Shown here: piece after piece, positions 14,170 to 30,123 of the stretch
How the letters are laid out: the number at the start of each line of letters is the position of its first letter
Position numbering within the stretch: the first letter of the stretch is position 1
From: the human T2T-CHM13v2.0 reference genome, Homo sapiens
DNA length: 64,000 nucleotides
Strand: one strand, 5' to 3'
NCBI RefSeq assembly: GCF_009914755.1
Contig: NC_060927.1
Notes under the pieces: model-generated
Databases searched by the model: none
Seen by the model: only the letters and a program-made list of their open reading frames with translations
What the model was told of the DNA's origin: nothing
Position numbers and translations under genes: made by a program

Positions 14170-14843
14170 AATATATAAACTGGAGTTTTTATTGGTTGTC
14201 TCTCTGCAAAATATGCACACACACACACACCACCACACAAGTCTTGCCTAATTTGAAATGACAAAGGCCAATCTTTCCCACAATGGAAATGCACAGAGGG
14301 AGAAGGCCAAACAACAAAACAATCCAGAGAGTTAAAAAAAAATTTTTAAGGCTTACCAACAAACAAAAAACAAGCTCAAAATAAATTAGAAATAAACTCC
14401 AAACAAACCCAGCCAAACATAAAGCAGAGAAAATCCAAAGCAAACAATCCAAAAATCTTTAAAAGTATAGTACAGTGATCCCACACTGTTGCCTATGGGG
14501 ATTGCTGGAGGGGGAAGCCCCCCAAGCTCAGGCTGATCCGATGGGCCAGTTCCTCTGAAGCCTCCTCCACCCCTCCCACTGCCAGGCTTCCTGGAGTCCT
14601 GCCCTGCAGACCAGAGAGCGCCACGCAGAGAAGGCTCTGGCCACCCCGCCGGCCTGGTATTTGGCTCCCCAGTCACCCAGCGCACAAGTATGATGGATGA
14701 TGATGGATCGCAGCACCACCAAAACCGTGTGAATTTCCCAAGGCCTCTGATTATTCTAATCGAGCCCCCAGAAGAAGCACAGAGCTTCACAAAAGCCTCC
14801 AAGGAAACCTCCCATTCCCCTTGTCTGCCTGACACAGACTCCA
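14170..14843 (-). other. GC-rich block resembling a terminal exon/3'UTR; identity unknown
   Basis: On minus: ctgattgctttatttag acceptor-like site (AG 14845-14844), frame open to TAA at 14386, U/GU-rich tract, AATAAA at 14193-14188, U-rich sequence downstream. Confidence 0.3.
14216..14238. repeat. (CA)n microsatellite
   Basis: Direct inspection. Confidence 0.8.
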
Positions 14844-15103
14844 CTAAATAAAGCAATCAGGCCCTGATATGGCCTCCTCTCTTTGACACACAGATCCAGG
14901 CCTCCATATTCATTGTTCCATGATATGATTTAGCCTTGAATGAATTTTTAATAAACACCTACAGTTATAGCACAGCAAAATGGCCACTCTGGCTTCTCCC
15001 AGGGGAAGATAACAGTTTATGAACACTTGCCAGTCACAGCTTTGCTAATGTTCTATCGCTGTGCTAGACAATATGGTCAAAAGGGTTTTTTCTCTATCAT
15101 CTA

Positions 15104-15191
15104 GTCTCTTTCTCTGTCTCTCTCTCTCTCTCTGTCTCTCCTCACCACTGCCTGCTCTCTCTTTCCCTCCCTCCTTCTCTCTCTCTCTCTC
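15104..15191. repeat. (CT)n / pyrimidine-rich simple repeat
   Basis: Direct inspection. Confidence 0.8.
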
Positions 15192-16149
15192 ATTAGATCT
15201 TTCTTAAACCACAAAGAGTCTCTGAGAGATACAACTGCATAAGATAAAGGCACAATTATAGAATTTGTTCAAAACAGATAAAGAGTATCACAGCCAGACT
15301 CAGATATGCATAATGGAATTTTATATGTTGTAATAATCCAAGCTAAAAAAAAGAAGAGTGTAGTACTATTTCAATTGAGTTCAGTGTCCTCGACTTACTG
15401 AGATGTTTTTTTGCCATGTAAATTTGCAGCTTGTGCGATGGGGAGACTCTCAAGGCTTTGTGACTGCTGTTGGCTTCTTGGAATGTTCCAGATCAATACA
15501 GACAGAGTTAATAGTACCATACAAGTCTATAAAACTCCACAAACTAGCCATATTTAGAAATACAGCTAGTGTACTTGCAGCAAACAATATGTCCATTTAG
15601 TACTTTCTAATACTTACTGTCATCCAATTTCTAATACTTAGGTACTTAACTGTTCCCCTTCCCCTAAATGTACTACCTCTTGAACTCTTAAAATCTCTCA
15701 GTATCTATTCACATGCAAGCATATGAGAAAAAGGGTGGTTGTACTTCTCAGGAGTGGCCCCCAAATTTCTACATCAGAGTAGCATATGGAAATGAATTTA
15801 ATTGAACAAGGGTAAGGAGAAGGGGTTGAAGCTGGGTTTACAGAGCACTTTGCATAAGAATGAGAAAATGCCAACAGACTTCATCAAATAATTGGAAGAG
15901 GAGTGTGGAGAATGTTGAAGATTATGGGTTAGCTTGGGAAGACTTTCCTAGCCATGGTTAGGTAACACCACCCATACTTCTACACTATAATTTTGTTTAG
16001 CCATTAATGATATCTCATACATACACTTTGATTTTTTCCCCAATTAGCCATGTAGCTTTAAAAACCATAACATTTTGAAATAGTTCATCCTGACCAACAA
16101 CTCAGGATATTCAACCATAATCTTTGTTTCCTAAACCAGAAGGGTAGAT

Positions 16150-16325
16150 AAATAAGAACAATAGATTACGCTTTTGGAAAACCAGATCCTGTTCCTGGCA
16201 CTGTCACTAATTAACTGGGAAATTCTGAACAAGTCTTTTCATCTCTCTGGGAATCTATTTCCTCATCTGTAAAATTACTGAATGCAGAGAGCCCCCAGGG
16301 TCCTTTCCAGCTTATATTCTATGAG
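16150..16325 (+). mobile_element. MIR SINE
   Basis: tcctggcactgtcactaattaactg...gaacaagtc...ctatttcctcatctgtaaaat MIR core. Confidence 0.65.
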
Positions 16326-16529
16326 TCCATCAATCTCTATGTGATTGTGGAAGTAAATTCCTTGAAAGAGCCACAAGTATAGCTGCTTTGTACCATAATC
16401 AGCAAAGTCCTGTCTGCATATAAACTCAAGAAAAGCGATTGAAGGCTGATGAAGATATCATTTTTAGTTTGTGTTATGAAGCTGGCTTGGATAGGAATTA
16501 GAACATGGAAAGCAATAAAGTTTTGAATT

Positions 16530-16720
16530 GTACTGAAAACTTACTATGTGCCAGACTGACACTCTCTTACGCATTTTACATCATTATCTTATTTAATGTC
16601 ACCGTAAAACCTACTGCATAAATAGGTAACAGTCCCATTTGACAGATTTTAAAAACTAAGGCTCAGAGAGTTTATGTGTCTCACTTCATTAAAACCAGTC
16701 TTCTTGAGCCCAAGCATAAT
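16530..16720 (-). mobile_element. MIR SINE
   Basis: cttactatgtgccag...cccatttgacagat...aaactaaggctcagagag. Confidence 0.6.
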
Positions 16721-16767
16721 ATCATAATATTCTCATATTATTCTATTTCAAGGTTATTTGGTTACTG

Positions 16768-17074
16768 TTTTTTTTTGTTTTTTTTTTTTAATGGAGTCTC
16801 ACTCTGTCACCCAAGCTGGAGTGCAGTGATGCAATCTCGGTTCACTGCAGCCTCCACCTCTCCCGGATTCAAGAAATTCTCTGCCTCAGTCTCCCAAGTA
16901 GCTGGGATTACAGGCACCTGCCACCACGCCCAGCTAATTTTTTCTCATGTATTTTTAGTGGAGACAGGGTTTCACCATCTTGGCCAAGCTGGTCTTGAAC
17001 TCCTGACCTCATGCTCCACCCACCTCGGCCTCCCAAAGTGCTGGGATTACAGGTGTGAGCCACTGTGCCTGTCC
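16768..17074 (-). mobile_element. Full-length AluS
   Basis: T tail plus both arms; perfect 15-bp TSD tatttcaaggttatt (16744-16758, 17075-17089). Confidence 0.95.
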
Positions 17075-17671
17075 TATTTCAAGGTTATTCTAATAGTTCC
17101 ATCGCTCCCACCATTTACAGTACCCAAACTATCAAATGACAAATAAACTCATTAAAATTTGACAATAACTAATATGTTTCTTTCCTTTCCAAAAGAAGGC
17201 TACTCACTTCTTGGCTTCACTTTGCTCCTCTCTATAAGGTTGGTTCAACCAACTCCAGGTAATTCTCTAACTTAAGATTTACACACATATTATATCAACA
17301 TTAAAGGCTAACTTGTTAAAGCTTCATGAAAATTTAGAGAAAAGCCAGTCATCATTGATTATCTTACCAGTTCACAAAAACATTTTTTGTAATTTATTAT
17401 TACTGTAATAGAACATTTGTTATTATTTCAATCAACTTCTAAGTGGGACCTGTAAGGAAAGTAAAAATCGAAATAAAACTACAACAAAATGTACTCTTGA
17501 CATGTTGGCAGTCTTCTCAAGAAGGGCTTGCTACTTATATCTTAAACACCTCAAACTAATTGTAAAATACTTCCTCACACATAATCCAAAATAATAACTT
17601 CTGAGGATATTTCTACTTAGGATTTTAATCCAAAATTAGGAGAGGAAAGAAATACCTGTCTATCTATCCAT

Positions 17672-18110
17672 ATGGAAACATTTACCTATCTATATTCCAC
17701 AGATGCACTGACAAGGAATTCAGGCATTAGGAGAGTCTTTATATTGTTATATGTAATCAAATCACCAGTCATCAGACTCTTCTCCAAGGAATTCCACTTC
17801 TTGATGGTTATCCAGAATACTGTGACATTGACATGCAAAATCCAAGTTTGGATCCATCTACTTATTGGCCTCAGAAATTGATCATGTTTGGGAAAATTCC
17901 AAGATTTAGAGATCTGCACCAACAGTGTTAACAAAGAGCAGGATATAGTGTGATTTCCATTGCTGCAGTCATAGTCTGTGAAATGCCAATATTCTGCATA
18001 TCTTCAAAGAACAGAATCTGTCTCCAAAAACTGTACAAAATAGCCCACTACAAAGGAAAATCCTTCAAGATCTTTGCTATTGAACGAGGACCAGAAATAA
18101 GAGGAAAACT
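17672..18110 (+). mobile_element. Probable ancient RTE-clade LINE ORF2 remnant (L4/MamRTE-like)
   Basis: Decayed motifs in the expected order: ETFTYLYST, VTLTCKIQVW, LLASEI, RFRDLHQQC*QR, SIAAVI, KSFKIFAI. Confidence 0.45.
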
Positions 18111-21100
18111 TCCGAGAACAGTATAAAAATGACAGATATAAGAGGAGGCCAAGCATGCCATGAAATGAGACACTTTTTGCTGACAGATGAGCACCTTTGA
18201 ACTCTAACCCAATAAAAGAATTAGCACTCCCAATGTATAATCAGTACAGCAAGCAAAATATGTCAACACATGATAGGCAGGATAATCAATCGACATGCGA
18301 GGTAGGAAACAGCCAGACTAAATAGCAACCCAGTCCCACTGAGCCAGACAGGCCTTCCTGCTCCTTCAATTTCTCATACCACAGGGACCAGGAATTAATA
18401 TGCAGTAAAGGAAAACTTCTGGTAAGTAAAACAACAGAGCAAGAATGAAGAGTTCTCACTAAGAAGTGATTAGGATTCCCAAAACACGGTCTTGATGTCT
18501 TGATTTTTTTAGATGTGTTCTTTAAAGAACTTTCTCCTGTCAGATACTAAAAACTTTGAAATTATCAACCACAGTACTATTATTTATTCTCCTTTCCCAT
18601 GAAGACTACAGAAATAGTAAAAAGAGCAGGCACTACGGACATAAACAGAGCTAGCTTTTAATCCTGGTTGGCTGTATGCTAACCACTGACCTCAAGCAAG
18701 TAACGTAAGCAGGCTGGGCCTCAGTTTTATATTCATCTGTTAAAAACAGAAGAATAACACTTTTTAAAAGGAGATTTGTGACAATTAAAAAAAAAACAGA
18801 ATAGGTAAAGTGTCTTATTCAACACAGATTTGATATTGGCAATCCCAGTCTCCTCACAGCTAGCATGGTGTTTCCAACCCTGTGAGTGCTTAAGAAATGT
18901 GGAGATGCCACATATATTAAATAATAAACTCACAGACCACAACAGAGTAATGTAGTTTCAGACATGCTTAAGAAGGGGGGAAATTGGCCTAGGTTAGAAT
19001 GCCCTATTTACCATAGCTCTGCAACAGTGAGAGAGTCACCTAACCTCTCTGGGTCACAGTCAACTCATTTATAAAGTTGAGCAAATAATATCTCACCAAC
19101 CTAAGGCCCGAGCTGAGAAGAGCGACTCTCACAGTTCCTTTCAGCTTTAGATCACTCATTGCAAATTATCTGTTGCTAGTTTATCTTATCTTATGCTCTA
19201 ACTTGATAAAATCGAATAGAAATTGCTTCAATTCCTAAATCTACATCCCTTCAGGAATTTGAAAATGATTACTTTGTCTTATTTTGCTTGTGTTTTCCAT
19301 TTTCCCAAAGGAGAGTTACTAGTGTTCTCTGCTTAAAATCACTTAGCAACTCTGCAGCATTTTCATGGCGTGGTTTGAATGGTTTTTGATAGCAATTTGT
19401 TTTAAAATATTATCCTCAACCTATCTAGCCCCAAACCACAGGTGAGTACATTTTGTAACATTTTACACTCATGCCATCTATATTTCAAGATTCTGCCTGC
19501 TTTAAACAGAGTAGTTTTGTGTGATGCAGTACTTTATTTTTCACTTATTTTAAATACATTTGTTTTTCAAATAGATGCTTTGCAAGAATGACTTTCCAGC
19601 TATACATTTTGAAACCCTCATAACTGTACTCCCATGACTTTAGCAGCACTTCAAAGGGAAATTTTCTTCACTGACCATGGCAAATACTATTTGAATTAGC
19701 TAACAATTTTTCTTTGGATTCATGAGACAGAAGAGCATGCATCCATTGAAGCTAGGCTGATCATTATAATTTTAACACTACTGAGAGGATAGTAACCTAA
19801 AGTCAGAGAAAACGCAATATTGTGGGCTTTCCTAAACAACTGCTTAAACTTGTTTCTCTTTTCTGACAAGTGTGGATATAGACAAATTCAGATATTCTAG
19901 TATTTATCATTCACCAATACTATGGCTACAAAAATGAAATCTGAGGCCTAATTTGCCTTATAATTCAGAAACTGAGGAGCTTTCAGACAGCAACAATAAG
20001 TCATTTTTCACGTTTATTTTCCATGCACATAAAGACACACCACTCTGCCATCAACATATCAGGCGAAATCAAAAATGGCTTAGCACAAAAATTACCCAGA
20101 GAATGGCCATCAGAAAAACAGTTGTGACAAAGCAACTATGCTAAAATTGTACCTTAACTTGAATTATATTTGCATTCATTTGCTTCCTAATACTTTTGGA
20201 GAACTTTGTGGAGAAAAGACTGGGCTTTTTGTTCAGTAGTTTTTAAAATATCAAACGTTCTGTCCATCAGCTATCCCTTCTTGGATGTGACAATGTGATA
20301 GAATAAAGACCGACTTTTCTTTTGGAACCTCATTGACATGGCCTTTGGCAGCTTACAAGACCTGTCTTCACTTATTGTGTCCTTTGTACCCTGATGCCTT
20401 CTTATAAGGAAGGGCAATAAGAGAGGCCTATGACAATATCTCAACTTTTCCCCCTGGAGACTGAGATTCCATGGTTTTTTGTGAAATCCAGCATGAGTAA
20501 TACTTGTTATCAGAGAAGAAAAGCGCTAGACAAATAGGAAACATCATTTGACATTTCTCCTCCACATTTACAAAGTTAAGTGAGTTGTGGAACTGTGCCT
20601 AGGAGGGAATAAATATCTCATCACAAACTAGACTCAACCAGTCGTGCCCATTGACGCCTATCAAAACACAGCCGCCCTTTTCCTTTCATTCTGCTTGGAT
20701 TATTTAGATTTCTCTAAATGTTTTCAATGAACTCAAAGACTAGTTATTTCAGGACAAAATAATTGACAATGCAAAACATTGTCATTATTTTATTATCTGC
20801 AGAGTTGTCCAACGGTTAGCAAAAATTAAAAGGACTTACCCATAGTCCACAAAAACATGAAATGCTTAGTCTTCTATTTAGATAGAATCAGGGATAGAAA
20901 TGAATTGTAAGCATAGCTCCTGCCCATTTTCCACTACTGAATTTAGTAATCTTGTCTATCTCCATATGAATATATGCATATACATAGGTTTGTGTGTGTG
21001 TCTGTATATATGTATCACCATTCCATATGCTAACAAATGTGGAAAGGTCCTTTACTTTCTTAGGATGAAACTATTAAACTACATATAAATATCTGAAGAC

Positions 21101-21621
21101 TTTAGTAAGAGAAACTGAGCCTTTCAATTTTCATTTTCCAAATGACACTATTGCCAGAAAAAAAAATGTTTGGCAAAACTCTTTGCTTTCTAAGCATTAA
21201 GAAAAAGAAGGTCATAAAACCGAAAGGAAAGATATTGCTCTCTAAAGAATCCAAATCCCAAACTAACCACAAGCAGGAATGTTTATAAAAGTACTTTCTT
21301 GAAACTCTCTCTGTTAGATATTTCATGCTATAGAAAAATCCTTCTGTAAAGAACATCAGTATATCATGGACTCAGCTTGCAGGTTAAAACCCAAGGATAG
21401 GCACTGCACTGTGAATTTCCCTCCTGACTGTATGAAGAAGCTGTAGAGGAGATGTATGCTTGGTTTCCTGACGTCCGCACTCTGAGAGGCTCCACTAATC
21501 CAAATTGCATATTGTGACTCCAGATGGCATTTCCAATATAAGAACAATGACTTCTGCAAAAGCACCAAAGAGCCCAAAAGTTGCAAGGCCAGGTGCCATC
21601 CACACCTTACATAAATATTTA

Positions 21622-22263
<642 letters not shown>

Positions 22264-23374
22264 TTAAAAGTTTTTTTTAAATTTATTTGGGTTATTTTTA
22301 TTACAATGATCTTACTCTTGAAAATCCATGCTGTTTTCCATAAAAAGAAAGATGATGTTCCCTGCGTTTCTCATCTGGCTTCTGTGACACTCCTTTGGCA
22401 ATTCTTGTGTATGCCATCAAAATCATACCAGACAAATGCTCCTGAAAGCTACGATCTATTGATTTTCATAGAAGGATTTTCCCCCTACAGCTGACAAGGA
22501 AAACAAGCATCTTCCAAAGAAAATTAAGGTAAATGCCAAAATGTCTCATCTCTTCCCAGTATGAATCCTTTAAAAATATTAATTATAATAATGTTTGACT
22601 TCAGAAGAAAGGCAAAAAGGAAAAATTTGAGTCAGGTGTGAAGAACATTAGGAATATTATGATCTAAATAATATAATATAACTGAAACATATAAGAACAT
22701 CACTAATTTTCATTTGACTATAAACCAACCACTGGCTTTTCAAATGATTGGAACAATCTCTCAGTTTGGGTTACAGCTTTTCTCTTCAAAAGTTTAAACT
22801 GTTCAGTTCAGTGACTGTTGAATTTCAGCTCCTGAAATACTGTATACCATTGAGCACTTACTTTTGTGTTTTATTCATGGTCAAGATAACACCAGTGACT
22901 TTAACAACCCCTGCACTTTATTCAAATTGTTTTAGAAAATATATAAAAGCAGATTTCCTTTTAAAAACATAGTTAGGAGGATTCCTGGGCAAGATGGCCG
23001 AATAGAAACAGCTCTGATCTGCAGCTCCCAGTGAGACCAATGCAGAAGGCAGGTGATTTCTGCATTTCCAACTGAGGTACCCAGTTCATCTCACTGGGAC
23101 TGGTTAGACAGTGGTTGCAGCCCACAGAGGGCGAGCCGAAGCAGGGTGAGGCATTGCCTCACCTGCAAAGCGCAAGGGGTTGGGGAACTCCATCCCTTAG
23201 CCAAGGGAAGCCATGAGGGACCGTGCCATGAGGGACTGTGATTTCTGGCCAAGACACTATGCTTTTCCCACAGTCTTTGCAACCCACAGACCAGGAGATT
23301 CCATCAGGTACCTACACCACAAGTGCCCTCGGTATCAAGCACAAACCTGGGGGGCCATTTGGGCAGACACCAAG

Positions 23375-23644
23375 CTAGCTGCTAGCTGCAGGAGTTTTTT
23401 TTTTGTTTTTTTTTTTATTTTTTTTTTGTACCCAAGTGGCATCTGGAACTCCAGTGAGACAGAACCATACACTACCCTGCAAAGGGGGCTGAAGCCAGGG
23501 AGCCAGGTGGTCTTGCTCAGTGGATCCCAACTCCATGGAGCATAGCAAGCTAAGATCCACTGGCTTGAAATTCTCACTGCCAACACAGCAGTCTAAAGAC
23601 GACCTGGGATGCTCCAGCTTGGTTGGGGGAGGGATGTCTGCCAT
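23375..23644 (-). CDS. L1 antisense ORF0-like open frame, 89 aa (expression unproven)
   Basis: True ATG in gtaATGG context inside the L1 5'UTR; MADIPPPTKLEHPRSSLDCC aligns with the L1HS ORF0 N-terminus MAGAPPPASLPPCSLISDCC. Confidence 0.5.
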   Translation of the reverse strand: MADIPPPTKLEHPRSSLDCCVGSENFKPVDLSLLCSMELGSTEQDHLAPWLQPPLQGSVWFCLTGVPDATWVQKKNKKKNKKKTPAASS

Positions 23645-24345
23645 TACTGAGGCTTGAGTAGGTGGTTTTCCCTCACAGTGTAAACAAAGCCACCAGGAAG
23701 TTTCGATTGGGCACAGCCCACCTCAGTGCAGCAAGGCCACTGTAGTCAAACTGCCTCTCTAGATTCCTCCTCTCTGGGCAAGCCATCTCTGAAAGAAAGG
23801 CAGCAGCCCCAGTCAGGAGCTTATAGGTAAAACTTCCATCTTCCTGGAACAGAGAACCTGGGGGAAGGGGCGACTGTAAGTGCAGCTTCAGCAGACTTAA
23901 ATGTTCCTGCCTGCCTGCTCTGAAGAGAGCAGTGGATCTCCCAGCACAGCACTCAAGATCTGCTAAGGGGCAGACTGCCTCCTCAAGTGGGTCCCAGACC
24001 CCCGTGCCTCCTGAGAGGGAGATATCTCCCATCAGGGGTCAACAGACAACTCATAAAGGACAGCTCCGGCTGGTATATGGTGGGTGCCCCCCTGGTATGA
24101 AGCTTCCAGAGGAAGGAGCAGGCAGCAATCTTTGCTGTTCTGCAGCCTCCACTGGTGAGACCCAGGCAAACAGGGTCTGAAGTGAACCCCCAGCAAACTC
24201 CAGCAGACCTGCAGACGAGGAGCCTGACTGTTAGAAGAAAACTAACATACAGAAAATAATAGCATCAACATCTACAAAAAGGACAACCATGCAAAACCTC
24301 CATCCAAAGATGGAGCAAAGATGAAAGGTAGATAAATCCATGAAG

Positions 24346-25368
24346 ATGGGGAAAAACCAGCACAAAAAGGCTGATAATTCCAAAAACCAGAATGCCCATT
24401 CTCCTCCAAATGATGGCAACTCCTCACCAGCAAGAGAACAAAACTGGACGGAGAATGAGTTTGATGAATTGACAGAAGTAGGCTTCAGAAGGTGGGTAAT
24501 AACAAACTCCTCCAAGCTAAAGGAACATGTTCTAACTCAATGCAAGGAAGCTAAAAACCTTGAGAAAAGGTTAGAGGAATTGCTAACTAGTATAACCAGT
24601 TTAGAAAGAACGTAAGTGATCTGATGGAGCTGAAAAACACAGCACGAGAACTTCGTGAAGCATACATAGTATCAATAGCCCAATCAATCAAGTGGAAGAA
24701 AGGGTATCAGAGATTGAAGATCAACTTAGTGAAATAAAGTGTGAAGACAAGATTAGAGAAAAAAGAATAAAAAGGAATGAACAAAGCCTCCAAGAAATAT
24801 GGGAATATGTGAAAAGACCAAACCTATGTTTGATGGGCATACCTGAAAATGACAGGAGAATGGAACCAAGTTGGAAAACACACTTCAGGATATTATCCAG
24901 GAGAACTTCTGCAACCTAGCAAGACAAGCTAACATTCAAATTCAGGAAATACAGAGAACAACACAAAGATACTCCTTCAGAAGAGCAACCCCAAGACACA
25001 TAGTCATCAGATTCATCAAGGTTGAAATGAAGGAAAATTTGTTAAGGGCAGCCAGAGAGAAAGGTCAGGTTACACACAAACAGAAGCCCATCAGACTAAC
25101 AGTGGATCTCTCTGCAGAAACCCTACAAGCCAGAAAAAAGTGGAGGCCAATATTCAACATTCTTAAAGAAAAGAATTTTCAACCCAGAATTTCATATCCA
25201 GCCAAACTAAGCTTCATAAGTGAAGTAGAAATAAAATCCTTTACAGACAAGCAAATGTTGAGGGATTTTGTCACCACCAGGCCTGCCTTACAAGCGCTCC
25301 TGAAGGAAGCACTAAATATAGAAAGAAAAAACTGGTACCAGCCACTGCAAAAACAAACCAAAATGTAA
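24346..25368 (+). pseudogene. L1 ORF1p, frameshifted
   Basis: Split into three frames: MGKNQHKK..., ...RNEQSLQEIWEYVKRPNL..., ...RATPRHIVIRF...YPAKLSF...RDFVTTRPAL. Confidence 0.92.
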
Positions 25369-25428
25369 AGATCATCGACACTATGAAGAAACTGCATCAA
25401 CTAATGGACAAACTAACCAGCTAGCATC

Positions 25429-30123
<4,695 letters not shown>

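Noticed and set aside
21440-21520. Protein-like peptide LYEEAVEEMYAWFPDVRTL on +
   Set aside because: Bounded by nearby stops, lacks splice sites, no recognised homologue
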